64,000 bases of DNA from Eledone cirrhosa. Lineage: Eukaryota. Both the position numbers and the translations under genes were made by a program. A model generated the notes under the pieces. It did not search any database and was not told the origin of the DNA. It worked only from the letters and a program-made list of their open reading frames with translations. Positions 26,075-39,041 of this stretch are shown piece by piece; the stretch's first letter is position 1, and each line of letters opens with the position of its first letter. Location: the NCBI GenBank assembly GCA_964016885.1, contig OZ024745.1, positions 94,116,001 to 94,180,000 on the forward strand, written 5' to 3'.

Positions 26075-26580
26075 GATTGATTAATCTCTAAAACTTAAAC
26101 ATCATTATAACAAATGCAAGAATCACTAAAATTATTTCCTTTTCATTAGAAATGGTAAGAACGTGTAGCTTGGAATAAAAGCAATTCTCGAGATGAACTC
26201 TTTATTGCTTCTTTACCCCTTGTCACTGTGATTGCATGAATATAAAGTTCGTGCAATGACAGGAAAACCAGATGGGTTCTATTTAAAAGTCTTTGGATTC
26301 AAGTTACAAGCAAGCATTAATACGGACAATTTCTTTAGTTTCTGTTCATGTGGAGGCATTTCTGATAATATTTGTTCATTCAAGAACTCAATAGGAAAAT
26401 TTATTGCTGATACCTCATCATCATTAATTTATATATTCCAATACAACCGGAAATATACTCTAGTAATTTATTGTATTTTGTTGTGAGGACGATCTTTGTT
26501 GAAAGTTTCAGTTTTGCTTCTTCATTTTGACATTGATAGAATCCCTATGTAGTTCTCAGGTGATATTCCATTGTACAACC
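26075..26580 (-). pseudogene. Second Helitron helicase remnant
   Basis: NFPIEFLNEQILSEMPPHEQKLKKLSVLMLACNLNPK..THLV..FISRIAFIPS..LPFLMKR..F.VILAFVI. Confidence 0.8.
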
Positions 26581-26811
26581 ATATGAGAGATATAAAATGT
26601 GAATTAAAAGGAAGATTATTTATAAGAAACAAATGAATTGTATGATGTAATACCTATCAAAATACATGTGAATATCGATAAAGTAATGAAAGTGAATAAG
26701 TGAAGCTGAATATATTTTGAACAAAGAAATCAAGTATAAAGTAAAAGATTATTTATAACTTATTTATAAGAACATATATATAAGAAACAATTTAATTTAG
26801 TGAGGTAACAA

Positions 26812-27095
26812 TTCTCTTTCCTGAGATATTCTAACCCCATGCCCCTAGTCTCGGAGCTGCGGTCTCTCAATTCGCAGAAGTAGCGGTTCTACCTGGAATG
26901 ACTCTCCGATCTCCGAGCTACACACGCTATCGACACGGAGCAAGATGGTTGGATAACATCCATGAGCTTGGCTGGTCTCGCTTGGGGTCCAGCCCCATCA
27001 GTTGGAGATAGTTGCTTGTGACAGGACCCACTGGAAGGAATGTTTGAGGACTCTGCCCCCACGACCCTCTCAGGAATAGGTGTTCGAAGAAGAAA
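26812..27095 (+). mobile_element. RTE (Expander-like) 3' fragment with inverted 5' part
   Basis: 26812-26934 is a minus-strand RTE segment. 26936-27095 is the plus-strand 3' end with gaagaaga tail. Confidence 0.75.
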
Positions 27096-27745
27096 AAGGA
27101 GATGTAATACTTATCGAGAAATACTTAAAAAAATCGCAAAACTTACATGTGTTTGCACGCATGTGAACAGGAAGGGAGAAGACTACATAAATAACTCATT
27201 AGGTATTTATGTATGTTCATAACATTGCTTCTTTTAAAACCCGATCAAATATCACAAAGTGAGTAACACAGGACCATCAGATTTATTATAACGATATACA
27301 TACGCTCTCGTATATGTGTGTAATGAGGTAGGTTTGATTTGGGGAGGGTAATGGTGGTTAATTGTAGGAATGGCCTACAGTTGGCAGGACATTAAGTGTT
27401 GGATTACTATGGGATAATGGAAGAGAGAAGTAGAATTAAAATAGAAAGTGGTTGGTGCCTGTGTGTTGTAAGAGAGAGTACAGTATTGCCTGCGATGAAA
27501 TACGAGGTATATTCAATAAGTAATGAGAACATTTCAGGAGAGGCGTTAAATACCATCCAATTTTAATGCAGTTATGTATGTATGTATGTATGTATGTATG
27601 TATGTATGTATGTATGTATGCCAACTCTGTGCAAGACATTTTAGATCGTTGGCTGGGCTAAAAAGCTACATTCGATCGCAGCACCATTAATTGTTATTGT
27701 GTGTGTGTGTGTGTGTGTGTGTATAGATATGTATATGTGTGTGTG

Positions 27746-27998
27746 GGCGGTGGATTGGCAGTATGGGTAGAGGGTCGGACGCTATGCTTTGCAGCAAAGA
27801 GTTACGGCCCTTTATGGTCTGAGTTCAAATCCCGCCGAGGTTAACTTTGCCTTTCATCCTTACGGGGTCGATAAAATAAAGTACCAGTAATACACTGGGA
27901 TAATTGCTGGCCTTGTGCCAAAAGTAGAAACAATTATTAAAGTACCAGTAATGCACTGGGTAATTGCTGGCCTTGTGCCTAAAGTAGAAACAATTATT
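27746..27998 (+). mobile_element. SINE family A with duplicated 59-bp tail
   Basis: Full family A body. aaagtaccagtaat...gtagaaacaattatt occurs twice. Confidence 0.8.
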
Positions 27999-28284
27999 GT
28001 TGTTATTATTATTATTGTCGTTATTATGTTTTTTTTTCGTGCAATGGCCATACTCGATAACAAAAGGGTAGCCATCATCATGTATGTATGTATGCTCTGG
28101 TTTTATTTTGAAAAAATGTTCACTCAAACAAACACCCACACACGGTTTCTAATCTAGCAACAAGGCTTTTCCACTGAAATTTAGATATCAACTAGTTAAT
28201 TATGTCTGTGTCTGCATGTATGTCATTTCTGAAGCGAATCTGTATGTTTGGAATTATACAGGCGTACATAAACGTATGTATGTA

Positions 28285-28720
28285 TGTTCTTCTGGTTTTA
28301 TAATTTAACAAATTTTTCCCAATAGAGAGAGAGTCGGTTTCTAACATAGACACAAGACTCTCTCATTGGAATTTACACAACATCAACTAGGTAGATTATG
28401 TATGCATGCATGCATGTGTAGATATGGATGCTATTGTATGTGTGGATGTGTATGTTTTGAGTTGTATGTGTATATGCTTTGTATCTGTACATGTATATAT
28501 GCAATATTAGATGGAAAATATTTGGAATGTTTTACATATTTTTACTGTTCCATTAATGGATTGTACTTGTAATTTCCTAACTAGTTGTGTTCTTTCTGTT
28601 CCTGTGAAGCCTAGCTTCTCAAGATTTGTATTGAGGCAGTTACTAACATACCCCAGTGCCCCAATAATCACAGGCATAAATCTGAAGGTGTAATCAGGGT
28701 GGAGTATCTGCAGATTTCTC

Positions 28721-28722
<2 letters not shown>
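28285..28722 (-). mobile_element. Short 5'-truncated copy of the R4/Dong-like element
   Basis: Near-identical to 28785-29230 (MRNLQILHPDY...KICKTF + 3' UTR), bounded by (TATG)n on both sides. Confidence 0.9.
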
Positions 28723-28751
<29 letters not shown>

Positions 28752-28784
28752 TGTATGTATGTATGTATGTATGTATGTATGTAT

Positions 28785-31700
28785 GTTCTTCTGGTTTTAT
28801 AATTTCACAAAGTTTTACCAATAGAGAGAGAGTCGGTTTCTAACATAGACACAAGACTCTCTCATTGGAATTTACACATCAACTGGGTAGATATGTATGT
28901 ATGCATGCATGCATGTGTAGATATGGATGTTATTGTATGTGTGGATGTGTATGTTTTGAGTTGTATGTGTGCATGTGTATATGCTTTGTATCTGTACATG
29001 TGTATATGCAGTTATTAGATGCAAAATTTTTGGAATGTTTTACATATTTTTACTGTTCCATTAATGGATTGTACTTGTAGTTTCCTAACTAGTTGTGTTC
29101 TTTCTGTTCCTGTGAAGCCTAGCTTCTCAAGATTTGTATTGAGGCAGTTACTAACATATCCCAGTGCCCCAATAATCACAGACATAAATCTGAAGGTGTA
29201 ATCAGGGTGGAGTATCTGCAGATTTCTCATCAGTTCTGCATAAATATTCCCCTTTTCACTAATCTTTGATATTATATTGGCATCTGCTGGGCAGCTAATT
29301 TCCACTACTGTGCATGTTTTCTTCTCCCTGTCCCATATCATTATATTTGGTCTGTTATGCCTGCATTTTATTGGGGTTTTTACTGGAACATTCCACCAGT
29401 ACTCTTTCATATTATGTACATGGATGTCTTCCACATTGTTGTAGCTTTTAATGTGTTTATTATCGGGGCTATCTTTTTTACGAACTGCATTGTACAGTGT
29501 TTTGGCCACTACATCATGCCTCATAGGTAGATAGTACCGCGATGACATCTTTGGGCAGCTGCTGATGACATGGGTGATATCCTCGATGTTAGTTCTGCAG
29601 AGTCTGCACTTGTTATCACATCTAGGTGTTTTGCCTGCATCCCTATCTCTTTTGTGAATCAGGTATTTCGTGCTAATCTCCTGTTCTTGGATTGCAAAAG
29701 CGTATCCTTCAAAGTGGGAGCCAATATAGCGGTTCTTGGTCCAAGAACGACTACTTTCCTTATCTATATTACTCTCACTCAGGAGCTTCCTGGCAACATA
29801 TCCATGCATGATTTTTTGCTGATAGGCATGCAGTTTTTCATCCATGGATTCACTGCGATACTGCTGAGCGACATCCCTGTTCCAACATCAACTGCTCGGA
29901 TTTCGTCTATTGTCCAATTGAGTATTCCAAACGTTGGTGTTAGGACAGGCACAGCAAACACATTGTGAGCCACTGTTTTGTTTTGCGCAGAGAGTTCCGA
30001 TGACCAGATCTTTCTTAATCGGGTGTAGTATTCCCTGGTTACGCGTTCTTTATTACAGATACCATTATAGGATATGTTCTCATCTATCCCCAGGTATCTG
30101 TAGCAGTCCTCATCAGATATCGGTGAAACAGTTAGACCATTGATGACAATGTTGCTAGATTGGGTTGTTGTTTTTCCCCGCTTTACAGTCATGTATGAGC
30201 ATTTATCTTGGCCAAACTCCATTCCTATATCCTTTGAGAACGTTGTAACCAGGTCAAGATTTTTCTTCATCCCATCCATGTTCTTGGCATAGAGTTTCAG
30301 ATCGTCCACAAAGAAGTTATGGGTTAGGTTCGTATTTCTGTCCTCCTGTGAGCCAATGATGTATCCCTCACATTTCTTGAGCAGAAAGGACAAGGGGTTT
30401 AATGACAAGATGAACAATATCACAGAGAGACTGTCCCCCTGAAATATACCCCTGCAATATTTTATTTTATCAGTGATAATAGAGTCCCCCCTCTCTGTCT
30501 TTAACCTTAGGATAGTAGCCCAAGAAGAAGACAGCCTCTCTATGGCTCTGACAATAATGTCTGAGACTTTAGCAAGTTGGAGGGCCTCTATCATCCAAGA
30601 CTGGGGAACAGAATCGAAAGCTTTCTTGTAGTCCAGCCAGACTGTAGTCATATTCCTCCTAAGTTGTCGCACCTCTGACATCGCAGTTTTGTTGATTAGG
30701 AGTTGTTCAGCACATTCCCAAACCCTTTTCTTTCCAGCTGCTTGTTCATCTGTGATGATGTTATTATTTTCACAGTGATCTTGGAGGAATAGGTTCAGGC
30801 AGGCTGTATACATCTTATACATCAGGTTCTGGCATGCAATGTGTCGGTAGTTTTTTGCCAAGTGGGTGTCTTTGTTCTTGGGGACCAGTAACGTTTGTGC
30901 TAATGTCAACCATTCTGGTATAAGTGTATCTCCCTTAAGAACTTGTTGGATGAGGTCAGTAAGATACCTCCAATAGAATATTAGTTTTTTGTACCAGTAG
31001 CCGAAAATCATGCCTCTTCCTGGTGTTTTCCTATCTTGGAGTTTTCTTATCACAGTCTCAAGAGTACCCTCACTTATTTCGTATGTTTTTGTTGTAGTGT
31101 AGGAGCAATATTTCGTTCGGATTTCTTTCAGCCACATTGCATCTTGGTTGAAATTCTTCTTTCCACCCCATATTTTTCTCCAAAAGGAATCTATGTCTTT
31201 CTGGGATGGGGCCTCAGAGACACTTATTATTTTGCCCTTCATATCTCTATAGACTGATGTTTGGTTTCGTCTGAATCTTTTATTAAGCATTTTTCTCTCA
31301 TCTACCTTCTTCAGGTATCGGCGTTTTTCGCTAACAGCTCTCAATTCTTGTTTGAGGGTGATCAGCTTATATTGAAGAGTTCTGGTTCTACTGTTACCAA
31401 ACATCGTCTCTATTTTATTTTTCACTCTTTGTTGGTGAGGAGTGAGGTTTTTTTGTGTTTGTTTGCATGTAAGGAGCATTGTCACATGTCCTATGTTTTT
31501 TCGTAGGTCAGCACTCTTATTTTCTATTTTAGTTATATATGATGGTATTTTTGGTGGTGTTTTGTTCTTGTTAATATCTCTGCTATCACCAAGATAATGC
31601 TTCACTGTCATTGCTAAGGCATATAAACAGCCGTTGATTTGTCAAAATGTTGGGGTTTTTATCCGTCGTAAATATTCATCCCCTATTTCGTCAATAACAC

Positions 31701-32168
31701 GTAGTATTTCATTATTTGGCTTTTTATTCACCATTGTCATTTTAACACGTTCAGCCAGAGAGATATTTATACATGAGTTAATTTCTCTCTGGAAGATTTC
31801 GTTGAGGGAAATTTTCAATTGTTTATACTTTTGATTATAATTATCGATAGTCGATGTAGACTCGGATGGTATACGTGGTGTCACATTTATTCGATTATTA
31901 TTATTATTTCTTCGATTATTATTATTATCGATAGTGTTTTCCCCAGCATTCGAGGTAGACTTAGATGGTACAGGTGGTGTCAAGTTTCTTACAGGCATAG
32001 TTGTTTCAAGGCGCTGTTCGACCTGGCTGCCAGGAAGTCTAGCAGCAGGGCGATCTGTAGCACGTGTTGTTGATTCCATGTTTGTTGTGGGGGACTTACA
32101 ATTAATAATATTTATCTTATTTTTAAGTTCAACAAACGTCTCTTGTTGGCGTAATTGTTTCGCTGTGA

Positions 32169-32170
<2 letters not shown>
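28785..32170 (-). mobile_element. R4/Dong-like non-LTR retrotransposon (RT + CCHC + restriction-like endonuclease), 5'-truncated and disabled
   Basis: Single long ORF architecture. 3' UTR ends ...ATAAAACCAGAAGAA(CATA)n. The 5' junction is also in (CATA)n. Confidence 0.9.
29015..32169 (-). pseudogene. R4-clade ORF: RT, zinc knuckle, REL endonuclease
   Basis: KNYRHIAC, WLDYKKAFDSVP, GIFQGDSLS, FFVDDLKLY, YRYLG, CRLC..HVISSC, RHD, RPNI..VEISCP..K. In-frame TGA at 31642-31644. Internal deletion and frameshift near 29880 (the GGRGL region is missing). PD motif reads PN. Confidence 0.88.
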
Positions 32171-32199
<29 letters not shown>

Positions 32200-32240
32200 T
32201 GTATGTATGTATGTATGTATGTATGTATGTATGTATGTAT

Positions 32241-32700
32241 GTCAAAAGGCAAAGGGGCTCTTAAGAGTCAATAGCCATCCAAAATCACCGGGAGAGATGA
32301 CCCCTTAGCCTTTGTCAAGGCAGAATTCTAGGAGAAGGAAAACTCTGATATAACACCTGCAGCCCTGATGGTATCCAATGATGTTGACTTGTTCTTCTTT
32401 TTGGTAAATATCATCTTGGTTAAGAGAGTGGGACTGGCTTTGTGCAGTGCCTTTGCTCACTATAAAAGCTTCACATCACAGGCATTGCTTTATATCTGGA
32501 GATCTCTCTGCACTTGTCGTCACATGGTGCCATGGGCCCAGCACTATGTGTCAATAATTGTCACAAGTGTAGTGTTTGTACCAGAGTTTTCAAGTCGCTG
32601 GCTGGACTAAAAAGTCACACCCGTTCAGCGCCTCGGTAGGGGTTCTCCTACATGGATATAAAGTAGTGGCCATACTCGAAAACGAGTTGGCAGCCACCAT
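32241..32700 (+). mobile_element. Non-autonomous bipartite RTE-derived element
   Basis: RTE-like 5' UTR motif ggagaaggaaaactctgat joined to a 3' end encoding CSVCTRVFKSLAGLKSHTRS (C2H2-like RTE C-terminus), with a (TATG)n tail. Three near-identical copies in the window. Confidence 0.8.
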
Positions 32701-33109
32701 GTATGTATGTATGTATGTATGTATGTATGTATGTATGTATGTATGTATGTATGTATGTATGTATGTATGTATTGGTGTGTGTAGATGTGTGCATGTGCGT
32801 ATACATGTATGTATGTGTGTATGTGTGTGTGCATATACGTATACATCTGTATATGTGTGCATGCGTATGTATGTCTCTGAATATACCAAAATTGCGCATA
32901 AGGTTTCACCACCCGGTCAGAGAATAAATGCACACAAATTAATTACTGAAATAAATGACGATTTTGTAGAAATAATTAAGAGAAAAAGAAATAATTAAGA
33001 AATAATTAAGAGAAAAATAAATGTAATCTGAGTTTTTCGAATATTAATAACATTCGATTCGTTTGCAATTATGCAAACAAGCCTCAATTTTATAGCCATG
33101 TCAGTAGAA

Positions 33110-34023
<914 letters not shown>

Positions 34024-34165
34024 TGCGCTTTGTGACAATCACTTTGTGCTAAATTTGTTTGGAAAATTGTAATTTATCTTCCTCCCTACATTTCTCTCTC
34101 ACATGTAGTGTTGACAAAATGTATCTATCTAACCCTCACTCTCTCTCTCTCTTTCTCTCACTCTC

Positions 34166-34197
<32 letters not shown>

Positions 34198-34204
34198 TAT
34201 TTGT

Positions 34205-34450
34205 GTAAAGGTGAGTGGTTTAGTGGTTAGGGGTTCAGCCAACAACAACAAGGCTGTGAGTTAGATCCTCGTTGGTGCCTTATGATCTTGAGTAAAATAT
34301 TTTGTCTCTTGCTGGTGAACATTATAGGTACCAGTAATTCAAAAGGCCAGTCTTGTTACATACTGTGTTACACTGAATCTTTCGAAGAATTACGTTAAGA
34401 GTAAACGTATCAGTAGAATGTTTAGACTTACGTTAATTCTACACCTGTGA
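34205..34450 (+). mobile_element. Diverged tRNA-derived SINE family C
   Basis: A-box-like tggtttagtgg and degenerate B box. Body homologous to 39120-39255 (-). Confidence 0.55.
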
Positions 34451-34869
34451 ATGGTTGATAGACACAGAACAGCTTGCTAGAGCATACTGACAGATAGATA
34501 GATGGAATTTTTATGTAATATTGTTTAGCTTTTGTAATAGTAGAGGAATAAATATATAGACTGAGAGATAGGATAGAATGATAGACATATAGGTAAATCG
34601 AGAGATAGATACATAGTTAAATATACATATAAAGCTATAGATAAAAAAAAAAAATAGAGATATAGAAAGCTATAGACATATCAATAGATATAGATGTGGA
34701 TGTAGAGATAGCTATGGACAAATAAATAGATATAGCTATTAGTTATAAACAGTTCATTAGATATAAATTAATAGTTTTAAGTAGATTTTCATATTTAAAG
34801 TTCTATAATAATCTGGCACACGGAAGAGCCAATGTCATCGTCTCCATCTCTCTCGTTCTCCGAATATCT

Positions 34870-34990
34870 CTGTATTATGAGCAAATGGAGTCCCACGTGC
34901 TGGCCACCCCACAGCCCGGCGGACAGAATGGAGAAGGCGTTTCCCCGGAGGATGGTAAGGGAGATGCGCTGGAAGAGCCATTCCATATAA
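34870..34990 (-). pseudogene. CRE/NeSL-type REL non-LTR retrotransposon C-terminal remnant
   Basis: Encodes WLFQRISLTILRGNAFSILSA, matching the FQRxSxxxxRGNA terminal motif of REL endonuclease ORFs. GC-rich island in AT-rich DNA. Confidence 0.65.
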
Positions 34991-35439
34991 ATATGTGTAG
35001 ACATACAGAACAGAATGCTTGCCACGAAATTAGTGGAGAATTCATCAGGATGTACGAAAACCTCTACACTTTTTGCTATTGTGATTCATGCATTGTTTTT
35101 GTGGTTGTTATTGTTGTTGTCCGAAGCTAGACATAAATAGGTAGCTATTGAGAGATAGCTAAGTAAGTAAAGATCTAGATAGATGTTGATGTTTTTGATA
35201 TCGTCCAAGTTGATACTCACTGACCTCAGTGGTTTTATAACTACAGATTGGTTCATAGCCGACACATACAGGATTGGTGGTGGTGTTATTGCCATTACTT
35301 GTTTTATTTTTATATACAGATAAAAACAGACATACACATGCACATATGTACACATACAATCACATACGCAGACTTAGAATCAAATATACACTCAAATGTA
35401 TTGAGTACTATAATTTGTATTGATATTGCAAGAACAATA

Positions 35440-35498
<59 letters not shown>

Positions 35499-35501
<3 letters not shown>

Positions 35502-36165
35502 GATGTAGCGGGATCTCAGGTAGGTTAGCAAAGAACGTAGGTTTTACATATGGTCAGTACACAGGAGTAGTAGGAAGCAACAAACGCTCACAGGAAATAA
35601 GCTCTATCAAATTCTTAGAGAGTTCCGTAAAAGCAGTTGATCGCTTCTCTCACCTGGGTGACCGTGTTCCGAAAGTACAGTAGCCAGAGTGAAAACGGGA
35701 TGGAAAAACGTCAGGGCATATGTACAAGCTGCAATGCTGCATGGCAGTGTGACTTGGGCAGAGAACCTTGTATGCAGTGAACCTTGTATGCAGTGAACCT
35801 ATGTAGATTGGAAAGAAATGAAACTTGCATGCTCCGATAGATGAGTAATATTAATATTAATAGTAATAGAACGGCAAAGCGTAAATGAACTGAGAAAAAG
35901 CTGGACATAAGAAGGATCAAATGCAGTGTGCAGGAGAGGAGATTGTGATGGTATGGACATGTGATGCGTATGAAGGATGACAGCTGTATAGAAAGGTGCA
36001 AGGTGCTCAAAGTTGATGGAAACTATGGAGTAGGAAGTCCTAGGGAGACTTGGGATGAGGTGATAAAAGCTGACCTTACACAATTGCACCTCTCACAGGT
36101 GATGACACAGGATCGAGACCTCTGGCGTTATGCAGCAACATAGAAGACCCGCCTTCCCATGTACA
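35499..36165 (+). pseudogene. RTE-clade RT C-terminal fragment (distinct family)
   Basis: RLERNETCMLR*M..ERRL*WYGHVMRMKDDSCIERC..GSPRETWDEVIKADL..DRDLWR. Confidence 0.8.
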
Positions 36166-36286
36166 CAGGTCGAAGCATTAATAGTGTTGGTTAGTGTGAT
36201 TTTGAAGTAAATCTGTAGCAGGGATGTTATAAATAAAATATTTTTAATATTTTGTTCTTCATTTTTATTGGTATTTGAGATTTTTC

Positions 36287-36318
<32 letters not shown>

Positions 36319-36505
36319 GCTGCTGTTGCTGCTGCTGCTGCTACTACTACTACTACTACTAACATTTATATCATAGGAACCAAAACTTTAACTCAATTTT
36401 CTTCTTTACCATGATTATCTTTTTTAAATATTGAAACTGGTTGAATTTCATGTTCCCAATACATGTATTTCACACTTCTTGAATATCGTTATTGATAATA
36501 TCGTT

Positions 36506-36690
36506 GGGCGGTGGATTGGCAGTATCGGTAGAGGGTCGGACGCCATGCTTTCCAGCATAGTTACGTCCCTTTACGATCTGAGTTCAAATCCCGCCGAGGT
36601 TGACTTTGCCTTTCATCCTTACGGGGTCGATAAAATAAAGTACCAGTAATGCACTGGGTAATTGCTGGCCTTGTGCCTAAAGTAGAAACA
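36506..36690 (+). mobile_element. Full-length SINE family A with 18-bp TSD
   Basis: A-box-like tggcagtatcgg and B-box gagttcaaatccc. TSD GTTATTGATAATATCGTT at 36488-36505 and 36691-36708. Confidence 0.9.
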
Positions 36691-36834
36691 GTTATTGATA
36701 ATATCGTTATTAATCATCAATGTTATTGGGTATTATCTTTCGTGTGATATACTTTTAGATTCTTGAAGTAACTTACCCCGAGATTTAGGAGTGGATACAA
36801 TTGTACAGATTATTCTTACTAGATTAAAAGGTAT

Positions 36835-36871
<37 letters not shown>

Positions 36872-37037
36872 CATGTTTTGTATGGCAGGAGGAAAATAAC
36901 AAATATTGTTTTGAATTATTGATTTGAATTGGATGTTAGTTTTGATGTTCGTGTCTCGTTTGATGATTAAGGTGACCAAAAAGAGTAGTTGTTCTTTAGA
37001 ATATCCCAATATAAATTGGATACTGTGGTTTATAATT

Positions 37038-37309
37038 CTAAGTCTAAAGTCTGTCTTAAGCCAGAAGGCTCATTTGGCCGATGCTTATCCTGGTTCATGG
37101 CGTGAAGCAACTGAGAGTACAAGACTTCTCCATGGACAGGACGCCAGTCCATCGCAGGGTTAAACCTCTAACTATTGCTGGTACTCATTTTTAGCTGAGT
37201 ATACTGGAACAACATGAAATGAAGTGTTTTACTCAAGAACACAACACGCAACCCAGGAATCGAACCCACGACGTTATGATCGTAAGTCCACTAGCCACGT
37301 GCCTCCACC
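37038..37309 (-). mobile_element. tRNA-derived SINE family B (V-domain-like centre)
   Basis: B box ggttcgattcc. cctgcgatggactggcgtcctgtcca core. (GACTTTA)-type tail. TSD gtggtttataatt. Confidence 0.8.
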
Positions 37310-37324
37310 CGTGGTTTATAATTA

Positions 37325-37645
37325 GAGTTTTAAATCCATTAAATTCATTCCGCCTGAGTATCCAGAAGTTAAAGCATTCGTCTAGGTAGCGTTTCTAGTT
37401 GTTCACAAGGGATTTATCGAATTTGTTGTCAAACCTCAATCTAGAGCGTTCGTATATTTGACCTAAATATGCCATGAGAAGATTGGTACAAGTTGGACCG
37501 GGGTTACTTTATCTATAAACACTCTGGTTAAATATTTATCTATAAACACTGTGGTTGAAATTGAAGTTATTTTGTGTGATGAATTCTAATCTTGTAGTGA
37601 AATCTTATCACAATTCGTTCAGGTAAATCGTTTGGCTATATTTCT
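37325..37645 (-). pseudogene. Degenerate PLE RT fragment
   Basis: PTCTNLLMAYL...KRYLDECFNFW on the minus strand. Confidence 0.65.
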
Positions 37646-38151
37646 TCTAATTAATTAAAAACAAATTTCATAAGTTGATTTATATTCAATGAAAAGGAAG
37701 GTCTGGTTTTTGTTGCCAAGCAAAAGGACAAATATGGACATGTGATTCGGTCTATTTTACATCGTCAGCAATGCATCTGCAGTTGAGTAAATAGATTTTT
37801 ACAAATAGAAAAAGAATTACTTATAGAGGCTTCTATTGGTGACTGGAAATACGAATCACAAAATGAATCAAAATGAATCACAAAACCAGATTTTATTGAA
37901 TCATTGAAGCTACAGTTTATACATACACACGCACATACAAACTTATATATAGACATAGAAACTTATATTCATGAAAATATGTATGCATGCATATATATTA
38001 TAGATATATAATAGAGTGAGTGTATAGGTGGGGCACGTCGATAATGTCTATTTGAAAACCAACAAAAGATTCATAAATAAATTTCAAATATCTTTAAAAC
38101 ATAACGGCTTAAAATACATAAAGAAACTGAATCTATGTATTTATAATAGTG

Positions 38152-38216
<65 letters not shown>

Positions 38217-38307
38217 GTGTGTCTGTATATATATATATGTGTGTATATACAATACTGGAATTGAAATATCAAGACCGTAGAGGTATGTCATATATCAAAT
38301 CATATAT

Positions 38308-38370
38308 TTTATCTGATGAGGACGTACTGGAAAAAAAACAACACAGTACCTTCGAAATATATATAATAAA
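38308..38370 (+). ncRNA. Type I hammerhead ribozyme motif
   Basis: tttat-CTGATGA-gga c gtactg..cagtac c ttc-GAA-ATATATAT-A-ataaa, isolated between TA microsatellites. Confidence 0.75.
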
Positions 38371-38421
38371 GCATATATTTTGATTATGTGAATATCTTGA
38401 TTTGTTAATATTTTGAATAAC

Positions 38422-38452
<31 letters not shown>

Positions 38453-38848
38453 AGCACATGCAAACATATATACATGAGCAGTATAATGTATATAATGCCC
38501 AGTAAGATAAGGTAAATATTATTTTATAATGCAAACTGAAAAAATAGCGCGAAAACATAAGCAGAAGAAAAGAAAACAACACTTTAAATGTTACTTTCTA
38601 TTTCAATATTTCAGTGTTAAGATCACTTTATCAAATGAAAATGGTGGTTAGGGACAAGCTGCTATCTATGAACGTGACAACACCTTATCACCATCTTCCA
38701 TTTTTTCCTACATAAATGTAATTTATACTCGAAATATTGGATTATAAGTTAAACGTGTGAAATGGTGTTTTGTTTTAGTTTTTTAAGGATTTTTTCTGCT
38801 TTCTCATATTTATTCCCATCATGCATTATTCTGGCTTTCTAAAATAAT

Positions 38849-39041
38849 TGTTTCTACTTTAGGCACAAGGCCAGCAACTACCCAGTGCCTCACTGGTACT
38901 TTATTTTATCGACCCCGTAAGGATGAAAGGCAAAGTCAACCTCGGCGGGATTTGAACTCAGATCGTAAAGGGACGTAACTATGCTAGAAAGCATGGCGTC
39001 CGACCCTCTACCGATACTACCGATACTACCAATCCCCCGCC
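38849..39041 (-). mobile_element. Full-length SINE family A with TSD
   Basis: TSD ctggctttctaaaataat on both sides. Confidence 0.88.

Noticed and set aside
31642-31644. In-frame TGA as selenocysteine or readthrough in the R4-like ORF
   Set aside because: The context (TF*QIN) fits a TGG-to-TGA mutation at a Trp. The copy also has a deletion and a PD-to-PN change, so it is simply decayed.
32560-32640. Host C2H2 zinc-finger gene exon
   Set aside because: The single finger-like motif lies in a multicopy RTE-derived repeat with a microsatellite tail.
36506-36600. tRNA genes
   Set aside because: The A/B boxes belong to SINE heads with TSDs, and no cloverleaf is evident.
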